Shown piece after piece: positions 52,076 to 64,000 of a DNA stretch of 64,000 nt (position 1 is its first letter; every line of letters starts with the position of its first letter). Below the pieces are notes generated by a model that had not been told where the DNA came from, did no database searches, and saw only the letters and a program-made list of their open reading frames with translations. Where the stretch lies: the NCBI RefSeq assembly GCF_963676685.1, contig NC_092355.1, positions 26,288,001 to 26,352,000 on the forward strand. The letters run 5' to 3'. A program made the translations under genes and the position numbers. Source of the stretch: Mytilus edulis (taxonomy: Eukaryota).

Positions 52076-55000
52076 TTATGACATTTTTGTGACGAGTTTC
52101 GTCTTCTTGTAAATCTGGTCTCCCATCTTGACCCACATCGGAAGTTTTAACATTAGGCCCTCCCAGTCTTCCGGATTATCTTTACATGAAAACGCATGCA
52201 GCTGAAATTAAAAAAATGATATATATAAGTATATCATGAAATTTGTTTTAAGGAAAAGTTAAAACGTCTTTGACGAAGTTAAATATTGGGGTAAAATATA
52301 CAAATAATACAATCGCTTACAATAAGAGGGCAGGTTTCAACTCCCTCAGGCAAAGTTGGCTTTATATGAATTTGGATATTTATTTTAGGTATATTTGACA
52401 TATAGCTCTTCAACGATTTTCGGTACTTATTCATCTTCGATTTCAAATGTTTGGCTTTGATCGTTCCTGATGAAGGTAAATCCAGAAAAGCGCTTCGGAC
52501 GCAAGAAATTATCAAACGTGTTGTTTTCAATATTGTACCTGGTGTTACAATGTCGATCAACATGTCAATTGTAAAATACAAACTTGTCAATGCTTGCGTA
52601 TACTAATTTTCGTAAACACCCTTTTCTCGGAAAGATTTGAGCCTACAAGAAAAGAAGTGATACGATACTAAACACAACAAATACTCTTAGACTAGTACTT
52701 TAACATCATGCAATTTTAAACATTTATTGCCCGTGCATGATGGAGATGTGAAGATTTGTTCAATGACATGTGGTATAGTCTGCACCAATCAAATATTGTT
52801 TAAACTATCAATATGTATAAACAGTGGAATAATATGCTTTAATTTGCTGAAGGTGTCTTAGAAATTTAAGGTTAAAACCCAGGTTGAGGTCTGTAAGAGT
52901 TATATGTACATACAGGACATAAAAGTTAGGTTTATGGTTTGATGTAGCATACATAGCTTTGAACCCCTTACGCAACAAAAGGTTATTATGAATGTTATAG
53001 AGCCCAAATTTACAAATTTTGTTTATTTGGTATCAAACCAAAAAATTTAAATAAGGACTCAGGTACTTCAAATTATGTGAATTTGAAAAACAGACTAAAT
53101 AATTGTCTAATGCTGAAATGTATTCAGCAGTGAAACTACTGAATCATTTTTTCTCAAATCATATAAACCAATCCACATGACACTGGTTTCTTATATAGTA
53201 TTCGTTTGGTATATTAAAGATTACAAGAGAGCCGTGGTGTAGTGGTTAGTGCATCGGACTACTATCACAAAGGTTCCTGGCTCGATTCCTGTTCCGGGAT
53301 GAAAATTTCAGGGACTGAATTTTCGGCTCTCCCTTGACACCATTTGCGAGTATGGTCTTGAGGCGACGATAGTGTTAAGAGAGCCATATCTCTTGTCCGT
53401 TAAAGACACCCTTGTAGATTTCGAAAAAAGAGAAGGCTAATGCCGCTACAAGGCAGCACTCGCACCCGCAAAGTGGAAAGGGATTAATATAAGTTGCAAA
53501 ACTTGTTTCCCAATCCACATACATATGTTTAAACTAAAGATTAAACGTTTTGGAGAGGGAAGTTATTAAGAAACATACCCGTCTTTCACCAAGTACTTTG
53601 AAAATTTCAATTTCGATCTGTCCGTTACTGCGTTGTTCTAGAATTGAAGCTGCCTCGTCTCGCCAATATTCCAAAAATTGTTCTAATGGTATACCTGTCA
53701 ATCATATACAAATGTATACGTGAAGCCGAAATGAACAAAGTACACAATGTATACCATTGTAACTTGCCTTTTTAATTCAGATTTATATCGCACATATTCT
53801 AATCTTGCATTTGTTTTTCCTGAATCGATTTATGAATTTCGAACAACGATATACTACAGTAACTGTTACCTTAATTTACTCATATACATTTGATAAAATT
53901 TGAGTATTACTAATTGTGTTTGTTTCTACACTAAGAAGATGTCTCTAAGAGGAAAATTCCACCCATCAGTTCTAAAAAGGAAAAAAAAAAGCTGAAACGA
54001 ATGATACGGTGATGTATGATGTATAATGTTTACTCTGACACAAACTTTGTGTTATTAAAAATAGTATGAGTTTTTTACTTGAAAGTAAGACTAAGTGTTT
54101 TACTTTAATTTGCTTTTTTAAACTTTTTCTGCCGAAAATAGCAAAATCCTTTAACTAACACGCGTGTTGTGTCATGTTTTTTTTTTTAATATGATATATG
54201 ATCTGTGTTTAAGGGGCACCAGCTACGAGATATATAAAAAATATAATTTCGTATACGTTATGTGTACGTAAGAGGAACTCTATTCAATCGAAAGACGTGC
54301 GTTGCAAGATTTTAATGCAAAGGTATACGCTTGGTGAACGCTTTTACTCCAGAAATTTTTCATGCAGTATAGAAATGTTCAAGCAGCTCTAGCGTTTTGA
54401 AAGTGAATACCTGTTCGCCACAAGCACTTAATACATTCATTACACGGGCGTTGGAAAACGCTACAGATAACTTTGAGACACGTTTAGGGCACGTTGTATA
54501 CGCCCCAAGATCGTTCGACTTTTATTTGGACTTTTACTTGGACGTACGCGGGGCGTGTTTGTACCATACGCCTGGCGTTGTTTAAGCGCGTGGCGTATCA
54601 AAAACGTACTACTGTGGATTCATTATAATTTGTTGGATACCAATTTCGTGGGTATCGTGGGTACAGGTGAACCACGAATTCAAATGTTCAACGAATATCA
54701 TATTTCCTTAGGCTTTGTATACAGAGATCGGCAAAACCAAGAAATCAAATATTTACGAATATGCAAGTTTTTAACAATCCACGAAAATTGATACCAACGA
54801 AAAAAAAAATGAATCCACAGTATTCTGACATTCCAAGACACTTGCCCTGACATTTATATATGACATATGTTCGAATAATTACAAGACCATGTGATATACG
54901 CTGATGTGTGACGCCGGTATTAAGAGGGTAAAACAGAGGGCCTAGACAATACGCTATGGGTAGATACTATAGTTTTACTTTACCATGATGTTCTATTGTA

Positions 55001-57995
55001 ACTTCAAACCAAGTGACATATTTTCCTGTCAATTTCCTTGGAGCTGGTCCTGTTAACTTTACATCAACGCCTAAAAGCTTAGCCCACCTTTCATAACTGG
55101 TAAGAGGTGTGCATGTTACTTTAAAGGGCCCGCGATACATCAATTCTGAAGTAACCGTATCCAAAACTGTAGCATCTTCTACTTCAAGAACTATAAATAA
55201 ACAAAAATAATTTGTGTAAATTCCTCACATATATAAGATGGTGCACACACACAAATACGATATAGCTATCACGTAATGAATTCGTCATTGTTGGTATGTT
55301 GAATAAAACAATTGAATAAGGAATAGAAAGTTACAGTAGTATCCTAAATATTTTATCATGTTTATTAGTGGTTACTATAATAAAGTGCAATAATGCGGAG
55401 GAGCTGCATACTAAAAAAAAGCACACATTCACCGCTTCCAAAAAGATGCATTTAAATCTTAAAACTTCATTATCGGCCTCAACCATACAATTGCGAGCTA
55501 AATTAAGGTTTTTGGTTTATTAGGTCTTCCCACTATTCTGTTGAAAGACTTATTGTATTTGTTCTGGTTATTCTCTTTTTTCTTCTTCCACCAAATTTGT
55601 TTCGTGCCCTGTTTTGTGGTTTCGCGAGATGTTGCTTAGATTTTTTTTTGCATATGATATCCAACAGGTATTGCGATTTTGAGACTATCCCTGTTTAGTT
55701 GAAGACTTGTTATTGTTAGAGTTTTCTCCCAAAAAAGAATAGAACACTAAATCAAGGTCAAAGTCAAAGGTCGAGGTCAAATTCTAATTATTTACTTTTT
55801 CTAGTTCATTGATCTCCTCTGTCACTTATAAAGATATATATAAAAGTACTAGTGCAATATGTTTGCTTTATCGTGATTGAGATATGATACGTTTGATCTG
55901 AAACAAGCCAATGACATCAAGAGTTATTGGACCTGAAATTATTCAATAAAAGGTGAATTGATAATAACTCCAACTTGTTACATGATAAAGCCGTAGAACC
56001 GTTAACAAACTGTTGCTTGACATGTGACCTTGAAAAATATCACCCGGAAATGACCTGGAGTAAAACGGAAGTAGCTTTTTGAACTTATTTCATGGAAAAA
56101 TTCTTAGAACCTATATTTTTTTAAATATGCATACATTTGTCTTTATATTCTTTATAAGATATCGAGCGGAACACGTGCAGTTCTACCTGTTACATATTTT
56201 ACGGAAATTGAATTAACTTTAAAAGCGGTCATTCAAACATACAGAATAGTTTGACATAAGAAGGGTAAAACTAAAACGTTTTTAAACTTACTTGCAACAA
56301 TTTTGGCTTCCCCAATAACCTGAAATTAATTCGTAATTTTTTTCATATTTGTAAGTTGATCGATATAGATCATAAGGGTTTGTTTTGACTTGTTGTCCTT
56401 AATTTCAATGTTCTTTAATTTATGAGCCATTTTGTCTGTATCAGGTCTTTCCACAATCACCTGGAAAGACCTATTATTTTTGTTCTGATTTTTTTTTTCT
56501 TCTTCAGCCAAATTTTTTTCTGGCCCTGTTTTGTGGTTTTGCAAAATGTCGCTTATATTATTTTTTTTTTTGGCATATGATATCTTACAGTTATAGCGCT
56601 TTTGATACTGACCCTTTTAAGTCGAAGACCTTTTGATGTAAGAGTTACATCCCCACACTGTTTTCTTTGTGTCAGATCTCCTCCAGAACCGCAAAGCGAC
56701 AATTTTTTTGTTGTTTTTTTTTTAGGGCGAGGGGGTCATTGGGTTAATATTTTTTTTGTTGTCTCCGTTGTATCCTGTTTTATTTTTATTAATGTTGCAT
56801 AGTTATACTAACCGTTATACGTGTTTTACTGATCCACCGACCTTTGCGATCTCACTACGATCTTAGTGCGCTATCACTACGCTTTTACTACGACCTGATG
56901 TCGCCACGACCGCACTACGATTGTTTTAAACATGTTCAATGTTGGCCACGCTCATCACGATCTTGGAGACCTCACCACGACCGTGATACGACCTTACTGC
57001 GATCTACACGATCGTACTTTCGTACGATCATCAAAATTTTCATTTTTTTCACAGTTCGTAGTGCGATCGTGGCCTAGTGGGACTGCGGTATTAGGTAAAC
57101 AATAACTTTGTCGTTTGTCTTACTGACATTTATCAAACACCTGCTTTAAATGATGAAAAAGTAATTTATCTGAATATCATTTCGCTCTTTACTATTTTTT
57201 TGCTATAGATAATTCAATAACTCTGTTCTCGATTTCGTTGTACTAAAATTATAATGATCGATACCTCTTTTGAAAAAACGCACGTGGTTACGGTGCCAGA
57301 ATTCGGCCAAGAAAGTAGCAAAAGATATGTTGTTACCTCAAGATGCTATGTCGTTTCTTCAAGATAATATGTCGTTTTTCAAGATATTATGTCGTTTCCG
57401 CAAGATAGCCGGTATGTCGTTTCTTCAAGATATTGTCACGGTCGTTTCTTCAAGATATTATGTCGTTTCCTCAAGATAGTATGTCGTTTCTTCACGATAT
57501 TATGTCGCTCACTCACGATAATATGTCGTTTCCTCAAAATATAATGTCGTTCACTCACGATAAGATGTCGTTTCCTCAAGATGCTATTTCGTTTCCACAA
57601 GATAGTTATTTCAGTATTTCTATGTTGTGGGAAGCATATTTTATCTTGAGGGGACGATATAATTATCCTGTGGGAACGATATAATATCTTGAGGAAACGA
57701 CATAGCATATTGGAGGAACGAGATAACTTTCTTGTGGGAACAACATAGCATCTTGAGGGAACAAAAAAGTCACATACATGTAGTATCTTATAGGAACAAC
57801 ATTTTTGTTGCTTTCATACGTTTTATATTAACAATTGTATAACTGTATTTTCCATTCAATGTTACGTCTTACCCTGAATCTAAATATTGCGTGGTCTTTG
57901 ATGTAGACGTTAGCCTGTGTTATGAGTGACTCAACAGCTGTTCCGGTTTTATGTTTTATTTCAATTGACATGAAAAACTGCATTAGTCTAGACAT
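52076..57995 (-). CDS. 199-aa protein with two tandem muconolactone delta-isomerase (CatC/MIase)-like dimeric alpha+beta barrel domains
   Basis: Exons 57995-57873, 56319-56292, 55190-54984, 53694-53579, 52201-52076; GT-AG, intron phases 0,1,1,0; 600 nt open. Protein MSRLMQFFMSIEIKHKTGTAVESLITQANVYIKDHAIFRFRVIGEAKIVAILEVEDATVLDTVTSELMYRGPFKVTCTPLTSYERWAKLLGVDVKLTGPAPRKLTGKYVTWFEVTIEHHGIPLEQFLEYWRDEAASILEQRSNGQIEIEIFKVLGERRLHAFSCKDNPEDWEGLMLKLPMWVKMGDQIYKKTKLVTKMS. Internal repeat FRVIGE/FKVLGE. Family call is from a by-eye match to CatC motifs as I recall them. Confidence 0.8.
52462..52501 (+). ncRNA. Hammerhead-like motif with variant stem II, inside a dispersed repeat (about 52320-52535)
   Basis: cgttc-CTGATGA-aggtaaatcca-GAAA-AGCGCT-TC-ggacg; more decayed copies at 19842-19883, 26663-26703 and 34258-34300 (-). 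Confidence 0.55.
53229..53520 (+). mobile_element. tRNA-derived SINE
   Basis: gagccgtggtgtagtggttag (A box) and GGCTCGATTCC (B-box-like), followed by a non-tRNA body of about 220 bp. Confidence 0.8.
54610..54822. mobile_element. MITE, same family as 16148-16359
   Basis: tactgtggattcatt...aatgaatccacagta TIRs. Confidence 0.8.
57320..57800. repeat. 21-bp tandem repeats in inverted arrangement (MITE or foldback)
   Basis: (gatattatgtcgtttcctcaa)n at about 57325-57605, then reverse-complement units at about 57640-57800. Confidence 0.8.
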
Positions 57996-58979
57996 GACTA
58001 CCTAGAAACAGTCAGAACATTTATATCTAGATATAAAAATAATTGTTACCTTATCTGTTATGATCCACGGTGGGTATATTAGTCAACAATATCAATAAAA
58101 GGGTGAACATATTCACATTAGAACTTCATTGTAAACAAAGATGCAATACTAGTATATACATGTATAATGAATACTGATTCGTGACAGCAAGTACAAATTA
58201 TAGTAACACGATTAAGCACACTTATTAAAAGCTTTTAATGACACTTTTGCAAAATTTCAAATCGGTAAAAAGACTGAATGGTTTTACATTACTAATTTTT
58301 GGGGCCCTTTATAGCTTGCTGTTCGGTGTGAGTCAATGCTCCGTGTTGAAGGCCGTACCTTGACATATAATGGTTTACTTTTATAAATTGTTATTTGGAT
58401 GGAGAGTTGTCTCATTGGCACTCATACCACATCTTCCTATATCTATCTATGAGATAGGTTAATGAAACTGCAACCAAACAGCACAAACAAATAACCCAAA
58501 GACAACCGTTTCTGATAAATCTAAAAAGTTTAGCTATATTCAATGTTCTTATTTTTCGGAGGCCCTTCACATGCACATGTAATTTGGCTGTCAATATTTT
58601 AGTTTTGATTCAAGCTACAAAATGTATCAAACAAGGAAGTGAAATGGCTTGTTGTCATGTTTACTTTCTTGTCAAATGGAAGATGTTGTTATTTTACAGG
58701 CAAATGAACTATTTTTGTTTTGTAATTTTCATTTCCTTAAACCTCGTTTCAGTTTCATTTGATATCTGTCCTTGTTCATACTAACTAATGACGGTTCGAC
58801 ACTACACAACAATATTTAATGGAGCATAGCGATAATAAACGTCTGCAATGAAGATTGCAACCCCAACATGAATCCTCCTAATTGCTCATTACCATGCAAA
58901 TTTGTTTATTCAAATTTTAGACTGAAAACGCTTTCTAATAGAAAAATAGATATCTTGTTACGGTTTCTTCAATGTTATT

Positions 58980-59072
58980 AAAATAAGTTCTCATCACTTG
59001 CTCCTTGACTTTTTATATGTCGCCGTGTCACGTGACACATAAAAAAAGGAGCAAGTGATGAGAACTTATTTT
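58980..59072. repeat. Perfect 27-bp inverted repeat enclosing GTGTCACGTGACAC
   Basis: aaaataagttctcatcacttgctcctt (58980-59006) and aaggagcaagtgatgagaacttatttt (59046-59072). Confidence 0.85.
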
Positions 59073-59824
59073 TATAATATTGCGGTTTTTGTTGGTCGTT
59101 AGTGTGGATGAAATATTTGCCACTGGAGGTTACCAAAACAACGACTTATCAATTATAAGGGTTTCTCAGTTCAATGATGAAACTATATATGTTCGAGTAC
59201 CACGTTTAGAATCAACATCAATTACAGAAGAGGTTCCAGGTCCACGTATGGAAGCATCACTTATAACAGAGGACATCCTTACGATCAAGAGTCTCAATAT
59301 TTATACACGCACTGTGTTCGAATTAAATCATTGCTTGATATTGACATAATAAAACAAAGGGTCAGCGTTTTCTCTGTGTTTAGTAACGTGTGCAATGAGT
59401 ACAGTACATAATCTCTTATATGATATGCTATCAAAATGTTAGGCCATGGCAATCATTTTACATCGTTTATCTCGTACAGTTTTGTACCGACATTTTTAAG
59501 ATGAAAATAGAATGATGTTAATACTATATGTTTTGTTTTATTATCTTTTATCCGAGGAAAATAGTGGAAAATTAGTTTTGTGCTATCAAGGAGTAGCCAG
59601 TTTAAACTTATTTAAGATTGAAGAGACAAAATTTTAATGGTGTACAGTATTTTTCAATCGTTTATTAGATCATACTTTAATTCCACTCTGTTGAGAAAAA
59701 TAAATTAAAGTTTTGGTGTAATTAAAAAAATGGTTGACCAAGTTTGTGGGCTTTTTTTAACAAGAAAACACTCAATCATAAACAACAATAGTCTTGGCCT
59801 TATAAATTTGTTTACATGTAAAAC

Positions 59825-62800
59825 ATGGCTAACTTCAGAGACAAAGTTGTCCTAGTAACAGGTAGGGATATATATTATGTACTATAAGTTTTACTTATAT
59901 TGAGAACCCGGGATTGAGACACTCGTTTGCTTTAGTTTTTGTATAACCCGTGATAACAATATTAATTTGTTGTATAATTTATAATGCATATATGTGTGTA
60001 TTATTTACATTTCAATAGACTACTACATTTTGTACTTACGGACTGATCGAAAGACGTCCTTGACGATAATGATTACCTTGTTATAAAAATTCAAGGACAC
60101 ACAAATTCAACATCACGCGGGAAATTTAATTCTAATGTTATTAGTAACAAAATGTTCTTATATATCTTTATATTGAAAACAGAAATACAATGAACTATTA
60201 ATTGATTTCGTTTTTTTTTAGTCATTTGTTTATTAATCTGATATTGTGTAATGCCTGATTGCTAGTATATACATGTAGGTATGATCACTAACAAATTTAA
60301 CAGGAGCAACACTACGGGTGTTACTAGCAGAACAGGAAATGTTGACATGTTCTGAGGACCTTAAATGACCCTCTGACTTTGCAGTTCGCGTTGCTAAATA
60401 ATTAGTTAATGTGTAGAGTATATTTTGATATGTAGTTTGTCTTTTTTTACATCTTCTTTTGACTATGTTACTGTCTGTCTATCTTCGTTTAAACTGTCAT
60501 GTAACTTTTGTAGAACCCCCCCCTTTTTGGCATAAAAGTATTCCGCGAGAATTTTGACACCATTGATGATTTTTAAAACAAAAATGCCCTTCTGAAATTA
60601 TTGTTGTTTTGTAACATGCGTCCAAGGGAAAGAGTGGTGGGGGTCAGAACCTCCTTTTATTCGATATTTTTTTCTTACTATTTTGTAAACATTTCATGGT
60701 GTTCCCATATTTGGAACACTCATTTTTCAAACGTTGAGATTATTTTTATGTTGATCTTTCAGGAGCAAGTTCTGGCATAGGAGAGGCCACCGCTATTAAG
60801 TTAGCAGAACATGGTGCAACATTATTTTTAGTGGCTCTTGAAGAGGACAAATTACAAAATGTACAGCAAAAATGTATGGAAAAGGGTTTAGTGAAAGAAA
60901 AAGTAAGCTCTTTGGATTTTGATAGATAAAAGAAGAATGATGTGATATGAGTGCCAATTAAACAACTCTCATTGAAAGTCATAATTTGTACAAGTAAACC
61001 ATTAGGGAACAACAATTTAAATCCAAAGAGGGTGCGGGTGTACTTTTTTGTTCTGATTCCCAATTTGATGAAAAGTAAATATTCTGGTCAAGCAGATTAC
61101 AAAATAAAATATTCTGAATCTGTATTTTTCCTATACGTTATAGTGTAAGATATTGAAAAAAAAAAAATGATTTGTTTGATTGCATTGAGAACCCCCCTCC
61201 CCCAATTGAAATTAAATGGTTGTCCTTTATGTGTAAAAGTGCGGCCTTCAACATGGATGTCTTGGTGATTATAATTTTGCGCTTATTTATCAAGATCATC
61301 ATTACAATTTTATGCTCAATCTGGTTTTATAGTGTTTCATACACTTATTTCACTGTCCACTGCTGTCTTTGCAGGATGCTTTAATGATGCGTGTGTTGTT
61401 GTTTTTTTTGTATGATACGGCCGGTGATCGAGCCTTCTTTAACCCCCGCATTCGAGGCCAGCACGCTTCGACAAGGTTAAATTTTCTGTAATTGATTAAT
61501 TTTATAAATAATCGACTAACCTTGTTAAACTGTGTACTAGTATTTTAGAAGCTGCGAATAAAACAATTTCGTAGGACCATTTAATAATCTGAGGTGTTGG
61601 GTGTGCAGGAAGGTTTTAAAAATGAATAAGATGTGATGAATGGGTTTTCTTTTACAAATCGTGTCTTGCATGGAGAGTTGTCTTATAGGCACTCATACCA
61701 AATCTTCTTAATATATCTATTTCCTTACACTCGAAATCGGATTTCTCAAATATCCCGTATTTCAGTTGAAACCATTTTCAATATATTTTTCTGTTAATAT
61801 AATATGAAAACATTTCGATTGACAGGTAATGTTAATCTCTTATGAGATTTGCATAAGTACAATGTACATGTATCTCTGTATAACATAAACAATTGGACAC
61901 AATCTTCGATGCCCCTCTCATTATTTGGTTCTTTTGGGCCCCAAAAACTGTAGTTGAGGGACACTTGATCTGACTCCCACTTCCAAGATCCATTTTTCTG
62001 AATGTCGTTTGCACCTATCCATGGATAATACAACTTCAGTTCTAAAACATAACGTTACAACTATATAATTTTCATTCCGCCATTATGATAACAAAAATAC
62101 TGCTGAACATCACAAAAGTATTGTGGCCAGATGCGGCCATTTCGCCTTTTTGCGTTTTCGTGTTTTCTTCCTTCACTTTGCAAACGCGAAATCGGAAAAT
62201 CAGGACATCGAGAAATCGAGAAAGCGAAATCGAGAAATCAAGAAATCGGGAAATCGGGAAATCGAAAAATAGAGAAATCGAGAAATAGGGAAATCGGGAA
62301 ATCGAGAAATCGAGAAAGCAAAAACGCGAAAACACGAAAGCGAAACGTGAAAACGCGAAATGAATTTCTCTTTTTCGCGTTTTTGCTTTCTCGATTTCCC
62401 GATTTCCCAATTTCTCGATTTCTTGATTTCTCGATTTCCCGATTTCCCGATTTCTCGATTCTGTATCTCTTGATTTCGCTTTCTCGATTTCTCGATTTTC
62501 CGATTTCCCGATTTCTCGATTTCTCGATATCGCGTGAAAGTGAAAGGAGAAAACGCGAAAACGCGAAAAGGCGAAATGGCCGCATCCGGCCGCCATGCAA
62601 AAGAGGTATTTGATAAATAATGTCAATGATCTGTAAATAGAGATCATCTCTTGATTTGCGTTACAGCAAAATGACTTGAGTGTGTACGTACATACGTAGG
62701 TAATAAAAGATAAAATTTGTGTAAAACTTTCCTGAACCATGCATGCGTTCATTATAAGGTTTGATAAACTTCCCTCCTTTCAGAGTAATAAATAGTCCTA

Positions 62801-63998
62801 TAGGTAGATATATTGGTTATCTATCGGATTAGTCTACAGTAATTCTTAATCTTAAAGAATGGTATTATACATGTACCTATTACAATGTATTAGTAACCTG
62901 ATAATGATTGCATGGCTCCACCAGAAAAAAAACTTTACCAAAGATATAACTTTTGCCTACATTTTCACACACTAAAGTAATTTTGGAATAATAACATTAC
63001 GTGTATGTTTCATTATAAACAAATATGTTTTTCTGATTGACTAGCAGAAATCTCGCGTTAATCTGAAACCAACATTCATTTCCAAATGAAATGTACCATT
63101 TAGATTGACACGAGCTTCCACAATAAAATGTACACTAGGTAAATAAAAAAATCTTAACGGAAATCATTTTCAAAAAAGCAATTAAAAGTATTGAATACTT
63201 CTTTGAGTAATTATATAGGGTTGTTAGAAGCATTGAACGTGGGTACATTTTCAGAATGAAACGCTTCCGCAGTGCATACACAATGTACTTCGGTCAACGC
63301 TTTTACACCACAATAAATTTACAAAAAGAAACATTCAATTATTAAATAAATTGGAAATTGAAACGCATCAAATACATTGTATTAGTGAAATGAAATGATA
63401 TTTACTGCAAATGCAAAATCCTGGAATTTTTATAACATAAAACAAAGAACCTTTTTTCTTGTCAAGGAGCCAAGGGGCCAAAAAGCCAACAAGCCAGTTG
63501 TTTGGTGGTTGTCGTTTGTATGTGCAGTTCATAAATGTTTCTCTCATCTTATACATATATCTTTGGTTTTCCTGTTAAGTCAAATGTTTTCTTTTTTCTT
63601 TTTTTTATTGTTTTCTTTTCTTTTTGTATCTTCAGCCATCGTGGATTGTAAAATGTATTAAAAATCTGTCTCGATCTGTATTGACATATGTTAATTTTGA
63701 GATCGGAACGCAACTTATTTGTCATTTCATATATTTTTTTTCATATCTGACTATGAACTATGGGCTATGTTCATTTTTGAAGGCCATACAGCGACATATA
63801 ACGGGTACTTTCTGTGTCATATATTCTCTTGTGGAGAGTTGCCTAATTTGCAATTAGACAACATCTTCTTGTTTTAGTATATTATGTTTACTTTTATCTT
63901 CTTAGGTAGCATATTGCAGTGGTGACTTATCTCAATCTGCCTTCAGGGAAGAAATTGTAAAGAACCTGATACAGAAATTCGGAAGATTGGATATACTG
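59825..63998 (+). CDS. SDR3: third SDR paralog, exons 1-3; the gene continues beyond the window
   Basis: Exons 59825-59861 (MANFRDKVVLVTG), 60763-60902 (ASSGIGEATAIKLAEHG...KGLVKEK) and 63906-63998 (VAYCSGDLSQ...GRLDIL), with donor GT at 63999-64000. Confidence 0.9.
61794..62041 (-). pseudogene. C-type lectin domain exon (WIG, EPN), antisense in SDR3 intron 2, probably decayed
   Basis: ttttag| LKLYYPWIGANDIQKNGSWKWESDQVSLNYSFWGPKEPNNERGIEDCVQL; the expected WND..C ending is not recognisable. Confidence 0.7.
62119..62596. mobile_element. Palindromic foldback element of about 480 bp with 8-bp GAAATCG(A/G) internal repeats
   Basis: Ends tggccagatgcggccatttcgcctttt and aaaaggcgaaatggccgcatccggcc; the two halves are near reverse complements. 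Confidence 0.85.
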
Positions 63999-64000
63999 GT

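Noticed and set aside
53229-53300. tRNA gene
   Set aside because: No convincing acceptor stem or poly-T terminator; it continues into a SINE body.
56326-56544. ORF containing MAHKLKNIEIK as the first exon of the MIase-like gene
   Set aside because: It stops before the 28-nt exon; exon 57995-57873 gives an in-phase start supported by paralogs.
57270-57708. Repetitive MSFPQD ORFs
   Set aside because: Translation of 21-bp tandem repeats in an intronic element.
62072-62752. Overlapping REIEK/SRN-rich ORFs on both strands
   Set aside because: Produced by the 8-bp repeats of a palindromic foldback element.

Overview
AT-rich, intron-rich animal genomic DNA; the repeat families and Naiad-like retroelements suggest a bivalve such as Mytilus (inference). 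Most ORFs in the supplied track are spurious, so genes were assembled by hand from GT-AG exons. The window is a cluster of two interleaved gene families. (1) Three FabG-like classical short-chain dehydrogenase/reductase (SDR) paralogs: SDR1 + 11120-21028 and SDR2 - 31947-49202 (both intact, 9 exons, 260 aa, about 85% identical) and SDR3 + 59825 to the window end, plus an orphan duplicate of the last two exons. (2) A 199-aa, 5-exon gene (- 52076-57995) with two tandem muconolactone-isomerase (CatC/MIase)-like domains, head-to-head with SDR3. A pseudogene of it (- 726-4298) lies head-to-head with SDR1, and decayed copies of its first coding exon are nested antisense in intron 1 of SDR1 and SDR2. 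Introns also contain minimal hammerhead ribozyme motifs, a 72-bp satellite made from an SDR exon/donor junction, a C-type lectin exon, and remnants of Penelope/Naiad, DIRS/Ngaro, Crypton, RTE, tRNA-SINE, MITE and foldback elements.
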